This document shows, in pieces, positions 40,672 through 49,565 of a stretch of DNA of 64,000 nt; the stretch's first letter is position 1; the number at the start of each line of letters is the position of its first letter. The notes under the pieces were generated by a model. The model was not told where the DNA came from, did no database searches, and saw nothing but the letters and a program-made list of their open reading frames with translations. Both the position numbers and the translations under genes were made by a program. Origin of the DNA: Myxococcota bacterium (lineage in GTDB: Bacteria; Myxococcota_A; UBA9160; UBA4427); contig OZ252299.1 of assembly GCA_965250285.1 (NCBI GenBank), positions 1,801,222 through 1,865,221 on the forward strand. Direction: 5' to 3'.

Positions 40672-40758
40672 GCGTCGCTCGATCTCGCATGAAATAGGTC
40701 AGCCGCACTCTATTCGCCCCGGGGCGCCCCACCGCCCCTCGCCCGACCGGAGCTCCGT

Positions 40759-42381
40759 GTGCCCTTCCCCACCGAAACGCCCACGATCCCCATCTTCCTG
40801 CGCCGCATCGCCGCCGAGCGCGGCGGCACCGACATGATCGTGCTCGACGAGCGGAGGCTGTCCTACACCCAGGTCGAGCGTCAGTCGGCGCGGCTCGCCC
40901 GGGCGCTGCTCGCGCGCGGCGTCGGCAAGGGCACCCGCGTGGCCGTGCTCATGCCGAACGGGCCCGACTGGCTCGTCGCGTTCCTTGCGACGACGCGGAT
41001 CGGCGCGCTGCTCGTGCCGCTCAATACCTTCTTTCAGACGCGCGAGCTGCACTGGATCCTGCGGCACGCCGACGTCGACACGCTGCTCACGGTCGACCGG
41101 TTTCTGAGTCATGACTACCTCGAGCGGCTCGAGGCGGCCGCGCCGTCACTGGCTGAGGCCAGCGGCGCACCGTTGCGCTTGCCCGAGCTGCCCTTCCTGC
41201 GCCGCGTGATCGTGTGGGGTGAAGGCGAACGCACGTGGACCGAGCCGGGGCCGCCGCTCACGGCCGCCGAACCGCCCGACGTCGACGAGGCCTTTCTCGA
41301 GGCTGTCGAAGCCCAGGTCACGCCGGCTGACCCGTTGGCCCTCTTCTACAGCTCCGGCAGCACCGCCGATCCGAAGGGCGCGATCCATACCCATGGCACG
41401 GTGCTTCGTCATTCGTTCAATCTCGCCGCCGGTCGCGACGTCGTCGCCTCGGATCGTGTGTGGTCGCCCATGCCCTTCTTTTGGGTGGGCGGCTTCGTCT
41501 TCGCGTTGGTCGGCAACCTGCAGGCGGGCGCCACGACCCTCTGCGAGGAGGTGTTCGACCCCGAGCAGACCCTGCGCTTTCTCGAGCGCGAGCGCGTGAC
41601 GGTCGCCATCGGCTGGCCGCACTTCGGCAAGGCGCTCGCCGAACACCCGACCCGGGCCGACCGCGATCTGTCGTCGCTCCGGGCCGGCAACGTGCCCGAC
41701 ATCCTGCCCGAAGAGATCTGCTCGACCGACCCCGAGCTGCGATCGAATGCCCTCGGCATGACCGAGACCTGCGGACCCCACACGTGGAGTCCGACCGTCG
41801 GTCGCCTCTCCGAAGATGAGCGCGGCACGTTCGGGATCCCCGTCGAAGGCGTCACGCATCGCGTCATCGACCCCGAGACCGGCGAAGACCTGCCGTCTGG
41901 CGAGGTCGGCGAGCTGAGTGTCCGGGGCTACAGCCTGATGCAGGGGCTCTACAAGCTCGAGCGTGAAGACGTCTTCGAGCCCGACGGCTTCTACCGCACC
42001 GGCGACGCAGGCTACTTCGACGCCCACGGGCAGCTCGTCTTCAAGGGTCGGCTCGGTGACATGATCAAGACCGGCGGCGCGAACGTGACCCCGAGCGAGA
42101 TCGAACAGGTGCTCGTCAGCTACGACGAGGTGAAGGAGGCCTACGTCGTCGGCGTCGACCACCCCGACAAGGGGCAGACGGTCGAGGCGGCGGTGACACT
42201 CGAGATCGGCCAGACGATCGAAGGCGACGCTCTGCGGTCACGGCTCAAGCAGGATCTCTCGGCCTACAAGGTGCCGCAGCACGTGTTCGTTTACGCGAGC
42301 GGGACGCTGCCCTTCACGACGACGGGCAAGATCGACAAACGCGGGCTCACGGCCGAGTTGAAGGATCGACTCGGCCGCTAG
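40759..42381 (+). CDS. AMP-dependent acyl-CoA synthetase/ligase
   Basis: 540 aa, GTG start with GGAG 7 nt upstream. LFYSSGSTADPKGAIHTHG, GMTETCG and KTGGANVTPSEIE are adenylate-forming enzyme motifs. Confidence 0.9.
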   Translation: MPFPTETPTIPIFLRRIAAERGGTDMIVLDERRLSYTQVERQSARLARALLARGVGKGTRVAVLMPNGPDWLVAFLATTRIGALLVPLNTFFQTRELHWILRHADVDTLLTVDRFLSHDYLERLEAAAPSLAEASGAPLRLPELPFLRRVIVWGEGERTWTEPGPPLTAAEPPDVDEAFLEAVEAQVTPADPLALFYSSGSTADPKGAIHTHGTVLRHSFNLAAGRDVVASDRVWSPMPFFWVGGFVFALVGNLQAGATTLCEEVFDPEQTLRFLERERVTVAIGWPHFGKALAEHPTRADRDLSSLRAGNVPDILPEEICSTDPELRSNALGMTETCGPHTWSPTVGRLSEDERGTFGIPVEGVTHRVIDPETGEDLPSGEVGELSVRGYSLMQGLYKLEREDVFEPDGFYRTGDAGYFDAHGQLVFKGRLGDMIKTGGANVTPSEIEQVLVSYDEVKEAYVVGVDHPDKGQTVEAAVTLEIGQTIEGDALRSRLKQDLSAYKVPQHVFVYASGTLPFTTTGKIDKRGLTAELKDRLGR

Positions 42382-42409
42382 CCCGTTCGCTCGACAGTCA
42401 GCGGTTGCG

Positions 42410-42427
42410 GCGCCGCGGTCGCGGCGC
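42410..42427. terminator. GC hairpin (7-bp stem GCGCCGC/GCGGCGC) between convergent genes
   Basis: gcgccgc-ggtc-gcggcgc lies in the 51-nt gap between the ACS stop (42381) and the DsbA-like stop (42433). No U-tract. Confidence 0.3.
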
Positions 42428-42432
42428 TCACC

Positions 42433-43170
42433 TCACCCCTGCTGCTCGCGCAGCTGCTGGTCGATGATGCGCTTGAACTCGCTGAACGGCTTGGCGCCCG
42501 ACGTGAACTTGCCATTGATGAAGAAGCCCGGCGTGCCGGTCACGCCCAGGCGATTCGCCTCGGCGACGTCGGAGTCGACGCGCTTGCGGGTGTCGGCCGA
42601 GGCCATGTCGGCCTTGAACTGGTCGATGTCGAGATCGAGCTGACTCGCGTACTCGAGATACTTCGCGCCGCTCATCTCGCGCTGGTTCGAGAAGATCAGG
42701 TCGTGCATCTCCCAGAAGCGGCCCTGGTTCGCGGCCGCCTGGGCGGCGGCGTGGGCCTCGGGGGCCTTCGTGTGCATCGCGAGCGGCAGGTGCTTGAAGA
42801 CGATCCGCACGTCGTCGCCGTATTCCTTCTCGATCTGCTTCATGGTGCCGACGACGCGGCCACAGAAGGGGCACTGGAAGTCGGAGAACTCGACGACGGT
42901 GATGGCGGCATCCTCGGGGCCGATCGAGGGCGAGCCCGCCGTATTCACGGCGTAGACGCGATCGGGGTCGGGGCCGCGCCGCGGACGACGAGTGGGCGCC
43001 TGGGCCGCCGCGCCGGCGCCGCCGGCCTTTGCGAGGGCCACGACCGCCTCACCGAGCTGGGCGATCTGCTGCGAATTCTGGCCGAGCGACTGGGTCATCA
43101 TGTAGGCGCTGCCCAGAATGCTGAAGCCGATGATCGTGGCGGCGATGACGATGGAGCTGCCATTGTTCAC
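42433..43170 (-). CDS. DsbA-family thiol:disulfide oxidoreductase (membrane-anchored or secreted)
   Basis: Active site FQCPFCGR within a thioredoxin fold, plus the DsbA helical insert (RFWEMHDLIFSNQ) and GVTGTPGFFINGK. N-terminal hydrophobic anchor SSIVIAATIIGFSILGSAYMM. Start trimmed to GTG 43170. Confidence 0.85.
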   Translation of the reverse strand: MNNGSSIVIAATIIGFSILGSAYMMTQSLGQNSQQIAQLGEAVVALAKAGGAGAAAQAPTRRPRRGPDPDRVYAVNTAGSPSIGPEDAAITVVEFSDFQCPFCGRVVGTMKQIEKEYGDDVRIVFKHLPLAMHTKAPEAHAAAQAAANQGRFWEMHDLIFSNQREMSGAKYLEYASQLDLDIDQFKADMASADTRKRVDSDVAEANRLGVTGTPGFFINGKFTSGAKPFSEFKRIIDQQLREQQG

Positions 43171-43471
43171 GGTTCGAATCTCCAATGATGCCTGAGAGTG
43201 AGTGCGATGATGTGACTGCGGCGGATCGAGGTCGCAGCGTGAGTCGAAATCGAGAGGGATACGGGGCTGGCCCGTGAGCGGCGCGAGGCGGCAGCATACC
43301 ACGAGGGCAATCGGCCAGGATACGCAGCGCCGGACCGCTGCCCAGCCCTGAGGGCGCGGCTACGCGGCTCCGCACGGATGCGCCCATCGGTTTCGACGCC
43401 GCCCGGCGAAGCCGGTTCCCGGCTACCGGTCCACTTCAGCCCTTCTGCCCGCATGGCAATGGCGCAGGGCG

Positions 43472-43714
43472 TCAGAGCTCCTCGTCTTCGTCGACGTCCT
43501 TGATGCAGACCGGATGCGGCGCGTGCTCGGGGCCGTCGTCCCAGCCCGGCAACGAGGCGGCCTGCGCCATCCACGAGTCGGCCAGCGATTCGTCGAGCAC
43601 GACGTCGTTGTTGTCGAACCCCTCGATCAACGCATCCCAGAGATCCTGCCCCCCGCTTTCCCACCACTCGCGGCCGGGGTGCTCGAAGTCGATCGCGAGC
43701 CGCACCATCTTCAT
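43472..43714 (-). CDS. small acidic hypothetical protein (80 aa)
   Basis: ATG 43714 with GAGGA upstream. MKMVRLAIDFEHPGREWWESGGQDLWDALIEGFDNNDVVLDESLADSWMAQAASLPGWDDGPEHAPHPVCIKDVDEDEEL. No family recognised. Confidence 0.45.
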   Translation of the reverse strand: MKMVRLAIDFEHPGREWWESGGQDLWDALIEGFDNNDVVLDESLADSWMAQAASLPGWDDGPEHAPHPVCIKDVDEDEEL

Positions 43715-43822
43715 CGTTCGAAATCCTCGTCTGCGGCGCCCGAGCGGGGCCAACCGCGCGGGAGCGTAGCGCGAGGGGATCGCCGTGGCGGGGCGGAGCC
43801 TGCGGCCTCCGCCGGCCTCTTC

Positions 43823-44161
43823 TCAGCCGCGCGGGCGCCAGCGATGACGGCCCAGATCCACGCGACCTCGGGCGTCGAAGGCGACGCCCTCACGCTCGAG
43901 CATCTGTCGCTGGACGTGCTCGGCGCCGGGCTCAGACCGCGCGCTGCACTCGCCCCGGGCGTTGATCACACGCTGCCACGGCACGCGCCGCTGCTCGTTT
44001 CGCAGGGCATGGAGTGCGTAGCCGACCTGACGCGCATGGCCCTTCAGGCCGGCGAGCTCGGCGACCTGTCCGTACGTGGCGACGCGACCTTTCGGGATGC
44101 GGCGCACGACGGCATAGATCCGGTCGTACGTGTTCGCCTGGGCGCCCGGCGACGCCGTCAC
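43823..44161 (-). CDS. MGMT-family alkyltransferase-like (ATL) DNA-binding protein lacking the active-site Cys
   Basis: YAVVRRIPKGRVATYGQVAELAG...VPWQRVINARG. The family's P-C-H-R acceptor motif is replaced by P-W-Q-R, as in ATL/YbaZ-type proteins. GTG 44161 overlaps the prlC stop (GTGA). Confidence 0.75.
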   Translation of the reverse strand: MTASPGAQANTYDRIYAVVRRIPKGRVATYGQVAELAGLKGHARQVGYALHALRNEQRRVPWQRVINARGECSARSEPGAEHVQRQMLEREGVAFDARGRVDLGRHRWRPRG

Positions 44162-46269
44162 GCCGCCGACTTCGCCTCGAGCCCGGCGTGGCGCAGCAGC
44201 GCCTCGGCCGACGGCGCCCGACCGCGGAACGCCTCGAAGACCTCCGACGGCGAGACACTGCCGCCGAGCGCCAGCACGGTTTCTCGATAGCGTCGCCCGG
44301 TCGAGGTCAAGGCCTGCTCGTCTTCGAGGCCGGCCTCTTCGAAGGCCGCGAACGCATCGGCCGACAACACCTCGGCCCATTTGTAGCTGTAGTAGCCCGC
44401 CGCATATCCACCGGCGAAGATGTGACCGAAGCTGCAGAGAAATCGATCCTCGGGCAGCGGCGCGAGCACAGTCGTGCGCTCCGCAATGCGGCGTTGAAGG
44501 TCGAAAGGCGACAGGTCGCCGCCGGGCACGTATTCGTCGTGCAGGGCCAGATCGGTCGACGCGAAGTAGAGCTGTCGCAGCATGTCGCTCCCAGCGCGAT
44601 ACGTGCGCGCGGCTTCGACCTTCTCGAAGAGCGCATCCGGCAGCGGTTCGCCCGTCTCGAAGTGCGCCGAGAGGCCGCGGATCGTCGCACGGTCGTAGCA
44701 GAAGTTCTCCATGAACTGGCTCGGCAGTTCGACGGCGTCCCACTCGACGTTGCGGATGCCCGAGGCGAGGCCCTCGTCGACCCGCGTCAGCATGTGCTGC
44801 AGACCGTGACCGAATTCGTGGAAGAGCGTCGTGACCTCGTCGAAGCTCATGAGCGAAGGCCGATCGTCGACCGGCGGCGTCTGGTTGCAGACGAGGTAGG
44901 CCACCGGCAAGCGCACGGCCTGGCCCACCGGAGCCAGCGCGCGGCTGCGCCCGAGGCACTCGTCCATCCACGCGCCGCCCCGCTTCTCGGCCGGCCGCGA
45001 GTACGGGTCGAGATAGAAGGCCGCGATCGGCCCCCCCGCTTCGTCGGCGACGCGAAAGAACCGCACGTCGTCGTGCCACGTCGGCGCCTCGCCATCGGCC
45101 GCCTCGATCCGCACGCCAAAGAGGCGCTCGGCGAGCCCGAACAGCCCCTCGAGCACCTGCGGCAGCGGAAAGTAGGGCCGAAGCTCTTCTTCGCTGTAGT
45201 CGAAGCGCTGCTCGCGAATGCGCTCGGCCCAGTACGCGACGTCCCACGGCCGGGGCTCGAAGTCGTCGCCCTCGCGCTCGCGCGCGAACGCGGTCAGCTC
45301 CTCCAGGTCACGCTCGGCCGCCGCGTACGACACCCGGCGCAGGTCTTCCAGCAGGTGCTTCACCGCATCCACATCGGGAGCCATCTTGCTGGCGAGGCTG
45401 ACCTCGGCAAAGTTGCGATAGCCGAGGATCTTCGACTCTTCGAGCCGCAGCGCCAGGATCTCCTCGATGATCTGCGTGTTGTCGTGCTTCCCCTCGCTCG
45501 CTCGCGTTACGTAGGCGCGGTAGAGCTGCTCGCGCAGCGGACGGCTGCGCGCGTGCTCCATGAAGGGGCCGAAGCACGGAAAGTCGAGCGTCAGCCGCCA
45601 CGGACCGGCGTCGGCCGTCGCCTCGGCCTCACCCGCTTCGCGTGCGTTCTGAGCGGCGAGCTCGCGTAGGCTTTCGGGGGTGCCTTCCATGTCGGCGGCA
45701 TCGGTCAGCGTCAGCGAGAACGCGGCCGTCGCGTCGAGCACGTGGTTGCTGAAGTGCATCGCTCGCTGGGCCAGCTCGTTCTGAATCTCGTTGAAGCGCT
45801 CGCGCACCTCGCCATCGAGCCCGACGCCCGCGTGCTTCGCGTCTCGAATCAGACTCTCGACGATGCGCTTGCGGGCGGGCGCGAGCGCGTCCCAGTCGGC
45901 GCCTTCGCGGAGCGTCACCAATGCGTCGTAGATCGGTCGGCTCTGGGCCTGGCGTAGGCCGAAGCTCACGACCTGCGGCTGCACCGCTTCGTACACCTCG
46001 CGCAGCGCATCGCTGTTCTGCACGCCCATCAGGTGCCCGACGACCCCCCAGGCGAACCCCAATCGGTCTCCCATGCGCTCGAGGGGCTCGATCAACGCTT
46101 CCCAGGTCGGCGCCGCGTTCGCCTCGACGGCTTCGAGCTCGGCGGCGAGCTCGCCGAGCAGATGCTCGATGGCGGCGGGCACGGTCTCGGGATCGACGTC
46201 GCGAAAACGCGGCAGCTGGCCCGAGGCGAGCAGCGGGTGATCGTTGAGCAGGTTCGAATCGGCGGACAA
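44158..46269 (-). CDS. prlC: oligopeptidase A (M3 family zinc metallopeptidase)
   Basis: TLFHEFGHGLQHMLT zinc motif and ~700-aa M3A architecture. Start set at TTG 46269, 5 nt after GGAGG (LSADSNLLNDHPLL...). The track ORF extends to 46764. Confidence 0.9.
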   Translation of the reverse strand: MSADSNLLNDHPLLASGQLPRFRDVDPETVPAAIEHLLGELAAELEAVEANAAPTWEALIEPLERMGDRLGFAWGVVGHLMGVQNSDALREVYEAVQPQVVSFGLRQAQSRPIYDALVTLREGADWDALAPARKRIVESLIRDAKHAGVGLDGEVRERFNEIQNELAQRAMHFSNHVLDATAAFSLTLTDAADMEGTPESLRELAAQNAREAGEAEATADAGPWRLTLDFPCFGPFMEHARSRPLREQLYRAYVTRASEGKHDNTQIIEEILALRLEESKILGYRNFAEVSLASKMAPDVDAVKHLLEDLRRVSYAAAERDLEELTAFAREREGDDFEPRPWDVAYWAERIREQRFDYSEEELRPYFPLPQVLEGLFGLAERLFGVRIEAADGEAPTWHDDVRFFRVADEAGGPIAAFYLDPYSRPAEKRGGAWMDECLGRSRALAPVGQAVRLPVAYLVCNQTPPVDDRPSLMSFDEVTTLFHEFGHGLQHMLTRVDEGLASGIRNVEWDAVELPSQFMENFCYDRATIRGLSAHFETGEPLPDALFEKVEAARTYRAGSDMLRQLYFASTDLALHDEYVPGGDLSPFDLQRRIAERTTVLAPLPEDRFLCSFGHIFAGGYAAGYYSYKWAEVLSADAFAAFEEAGLEDEQALTSTGRRYRETVLALGGSVSPSEVFEAFRGRAPSAEALLRHAGLEAKSAA

Positions 46270-46381
46270 GGTCGCCTCCAGTGTTGCGGGGACGCGCAAA
46301 AGTAGCAGCTGGACGAAGGGGCTCCCGCCATTCGCTGACGTCGACGTGCTTCGCGGGCCGGGGCGGTACACTGCGCGCCGC

Positions 46382-47794
46382 ATGTCTTCCCCGTCGTCGC
46401 GCGATCGAGCAGTGCAGACCGAGCCGGTCCCGGCCACGGCGCCCCCGCTGCTGCTCGAACGCCCGCCCGCCCCCGAGCCCGATGCGCCCGACGTCTGGCT
46501 GGTGGTCCGCCGATCCGTACAGATGATCGTCGGAGCCGGGGTCTTCGCGGGGGCCTTCGTCGGTGCGTGGGGCCGAGCCCGGCTGCGACGCGACCCCCAG
46601 CCCGCCCTGCGCGGGCTCGGCGTGGCGCTGCGTGTGACGTTCACCCGCCTGGGCGCGACCTTCATCAAGGTCGGCCAGATCGCGTCGACGCGAGGCGACC
46701 TGCTGCCGCGCCCGATGACTGAAGAGCTCGCGCAGCTGCAGGACAGCGTCCCGCCCGAGCGCACGGCCGTGATCCGCGAGCGTCTCGAACGCGAGCTCGG
46801 CGGCCCGATCGATCAGCACTTCGCGCGCTTCGACCTCGAGCCCGTCGCCGCGGCCAGCGTCGCCCAGGTCCACCGAGCCGAGCTGCCTGGCGGCCGTGCG
46901 GTGGCCGTCAAGATCCGACGGCCCGGCCTCACACAGACGGTCCATCTCGACCGATCGATTCTGCTCTTTCTCACGCGGGTGCTCGAACGCGTGGTGCCTT
47001 CGCTGCGCCTGATCTCGATGCCCGAAGGCGTCATGACCTTCTGTGACGCGGTCGAGGCCCAGCTTTCGCTTCGCGCCGAGGCCGAGCACAACCGTCGCTT
47101 CACCGAGATGTTCGACGACGACGACGACATCGCGTTTCCGACGCTGCACCCCGCCCTTTCGACCGACGCGGTCCTGACCATGGACTTCGTCGAAGGCGTG
47201 CACGAACGCGACGTCGAGAGCACCGACGTCGACCTGAAGCGCGTCGTCGACGCGGGGATGCGGGCCGTCTCTCGCATGATCTTCGATCACGGCTTCGTGC
47301 ATGCCGATCTGCATCCGGGCAATCTGCTCTTTCGGCCGCCGGGACGGATCGTCATGCTCGATCTGGGGCTCGTCGCCGACATCGACGACGTCGATCGTGT
47401 GACCACCGTTCGCATCTTCTACGCGCTCGCAACCGGCGACGGCCGCACCTGTGCCCGCATCTTCTACGAGAACGCACCCCACGCTGCCTGCGACGACTAC
47501 GCGGCGTACGAGGCCGAGGTGGCCGCCATGGTGGACGACATCGTCGGGCAGGGCCTGATGAACATTCAGGTGACGGGTGAGATCGCGCGCATCTTCGACA
47601 TCCTGCGGCGGCACCGCGTGCAGGCGCGGGCCCACATGACGATGGTGAATCTCGCTTTGATGACGGCGGAGGGGCTCGGCAAGCGACTGGCGCCCGACTT
47701 CAACCTCACGCGCGAGGCGCTGCCCCACCTGCAGCGGGCGCTGATGACCGCCCAGCGAGAAGGACGGATCCCAGCCATGCCACCGCCGCGTTGA
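46382..47794 (+). CDS. ABC1/UbiB-family atypical kinase
   Basis: LGATFIKVGQIASTRGDLLPRPMTEELAQLQDSVPP..PVAAASVAQVHRAEL..AVKIRRPG..HADLHPGNLL is the UbiB/ABC1 signature. Start at ATG 46382. Confidence 0.85.
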   Translation: MSSPSSRDRAVQTEPVPATAPPLLLERPPAPEPDAPDVWLVVRRSVQMIVGAGVFAGAFVGAWGRARLRRDPQPALRGLGVALRVTFTRLGATFIKVGQIASTRGDLLPRPMTEELAQLQDSVPPERTAVIRERLERELGGPIDQHFARFDLEPVAAASVAQVHRAELPGGRAVAVKIRRPGLTQTVHLDRSILLFLTRVLERVVPSLRLISMPEGVMTFCDAVEAQLSLRAEAEHNRRFTEMFDDDDDIAFPTLHPALSTDAVLTMDFVEGVHERDVESTDVDLKRVVDAGMRAVSRMIFDHGFVHADLHPGNLLFRPPGRIVMLDLGLVADIDDVDRVTTVRIFYALATGDGRTCARIFYENAPHAACDDYAAYEAEVAAMVDDIVGQGLMNIQVTGEIARIFDILRRHRVQARAHMTMVNLALMTAEGLGKRLAPDFNLTREALPHLQRALMTAQREGRIPAMPPPR

Positions 47795-49181
47795 TCGCGA
47801 CGGCCACCACCCCCATGTGTACGCCCTCGAGGCGTGAGTAGCCCGCGAAGTTGCCCGCGACGGCGACCAAGGTCCCCACGACGATCCCCGCGAGCGTGGG
47901 CCCGGCCCGCAGCCCCGCCCAGTGAATGCCAACGAGAAAGGCCGGCGCGCACTGGATCAGCAGCTCGAGCTTGAGCTCGAGCAGGCGCCACAGCGTGACG
48001 TCGGGCGCGAGGGCCAGGGGGATCGTCGCCACGAGCATGCCGGCGGCCCAGAGCTTGCCGATGCGCGTGCTCGCCGCGTCGTCTCCGGTGCGACCGAGCA
48101 GATCGCGCGAGAGCAGCGAGCCCAGCGAGAGCAGACACGAATCGGCGGTCGACATGATCGCCGAGAGCGCACCGATGAAGACGATCACCGCGCCGATGCG
48201 CCCGACGAAGCCCGAGCTCGCCCAGTCGGTGAGCATCATCGGCAGAACCTGGTCGCTCGCGACGCCGGTGCCGAGATCGACCCGACCGATCGCCGCGATG
48301 CCGATCAGAGTGACGACGAGCGTGGTCACGAAGGGCATGAACGTCATGAGCGCGAACGAGCGCGTGAGCGTGCGACCGGAGCGGGCCGCAAAGATCCGCT
48401 GGATCGCCTGGGGATACACGACGCTCGCGATGCCGAGCAGCGCGATCGTGCTGAACCAGCCGTTGCGCGTGGCGCCGGTCGGCACCGCGACCGCCGCGGG
48501 GCGCGTCTCGGCGACCTCCTGCGTCATCGCGGCGAGTCCGCCCTCGCCGACCAGGAGCCAAGACGCGAGCGCCGCGAGCCCGACGACCATGAGGATGCCC
48601 TGCACCGCATCGGTCCACGCCACGGCGCGCATGCCTCCGCGCGTCTCGTAGTAGAGGATCAGCGCTGCGAGCCCGACGACCCCCGCCTCGTACGGCACCA
48701 CGCCACCCGTCACCAGGCTGGTGACGTTGCCCATCGCCCTCAGCTGGGCGAGCAGAAAGTTCGCCAGCGCGATCGCCATCAGCGCCCCGATCACGATCCG
48801 CAGCGCTCCGAGCTCGGCCTCGCCGGCGAAGCGCGTGCGCACGAAGTCGCCCGGTGTCACGAAACCGTGGCGGACGGCGAGTGGTCTCAGTTTGGGCGCG
48901 AGCGCGTGGAACATCACGATGATCGACATCATGAAGCCGGTCGACATGATGAAGGGGAAGCCGCTCACATAGGCTCGCCCCGGATACGCGAGCAGCGAGT
49001 TGCCCGAGTACGCCGTCGCGTAGAGCGTCAGGAAGAGGACGAAGACGCCGAGGTCGCGACCACCGAGGAAGTGTTCGCCGGGCGACTCGCGTCGCTTCTG
49101 GCGATTGGCCCACTCGGCGATCACCAGCACGAAGACGATGTAGAGGCCGAGGGCCACGAGCCCCTGCTGCTCGAAGCTCAT
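47706..49181 (-). CDS. sodium:solute symporter (SSF) family transporter
   Basis: 491 aa, polytopic. N-terminus EHFLGGRDLGVFVLFLTLYATAYSGNSLLAYPG is typical of SSF. It is preceded by a DUF3311-like small membrane protein with an ATGA overlap. Confidence 0.85.
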   Translation of the reverse strand: MSFEQQGLVALGLYIVFVLVIAEWANRQKRRESPGEHFLGGRDLGVFVLFLTLYATAYSGNSLLAYPGRAYVSGFPFIMSTGFMMSIIVMFHALAPKLRPLAVRHGFVTPGDFVRTRFAGEAELGALRIVIGALMAIALANFLLAQLRAMGNVTSLVTGGVVPYEAGVVGLAALILYYETRGGMRAVAWTDAVQGILMVVGLAALASWLLVGEGGLAAMTQEVAETRPAAVAVPTGATRNGWFSTIALLGIASVVYPQAIQRIFAARSGRTLTRSFALMTFMPFVTTLVVTLIGIAAIGRVDLGTGVASDQVLPMMLTDWASSGFVGRIGAVIVFIGALSAIMSTADSCLLSLGSLLSRDLLGRTGDDAASTRIGKLWAAGMLVATIPLALAPDVTLWRLLELKLELLIQCAPAFLVGIHWAGLRAGPTLAGIVVGTLVAVAGNFAGYSRLEGVHMGVVAVAINAAVAWLGSVLLAGRSSAPAAGGAAPRA

Positions 49182-49459
49182 GGCGCGGACTCCGACGACT
49201 CCACGACCTCACCGGTGGCCTCTTCGGGGTCGCGCACGTCGGTGATCCACCAGGCCCAGGCGTTGAGGATCGCAGCCGCGAAGTAGCAGAGGATGGCCGT
49301 CGTCACCCAGTCGGGCAGCCCGAGCCAGACCCGCACCGGCTCGTCGGCCGAGCGGTACCAGGGCACGGAGAACACGTAGAGCACGCAGATGATCGCGAGC
49401 AGCCACAGGCGAAGTCGGCCTGCACGGCGACGCTGCTCACCGGCTTCGGAGTCGGCCAT
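49178..49459 (-). CDS. small two-TM membrane protein (DUF3311-like) coupled to the SSF transporter
   Basis: ATG 49459. MADSEAGEQRRRAGRLRLWLLAIICVLYVFSVPWY...LPDWVTTAILCYFAAAILNAWAWW. The stop overlaps the transporter start. Confidence 0.65.
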   Translation of the reverse strand: MADSEAGEQRRRAGRLRLWLLAIICVLYVFSVPWYRSADEPVRVWLGLPDWVTTAILCYFAAAILNAWAWWITDVRDPEEATGEVVESSESAP

Positions 49460-49565
49460 GGCCTGGGTGTAGCATGCCGCCCGCTCTTCAGGCCGACGCG
49501 CGGTGCGCCGAAAGGCGATAGGCTCCGCCGACCTCCGCCCCCGAGCCCGGGAGAACGCTCCGACG

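Noticed and set aside
43171-43471. 300-nt non-coding gap upstream of the DsbA-like gene as a possible structured ncRNA (6S, SRP, RNase P or tmRNA considered)
   Set aside because: None of the conserved cores I know is present (RNase P GAGGAAAGTCC, the tmRNA GGGGCTGA 5' end with tag ORF, the SRP GGAA/AGCA domain). Only short local hairpins are visible (for example AGCCGG-ttc-CCGGCT). It would need an Rfam scan.
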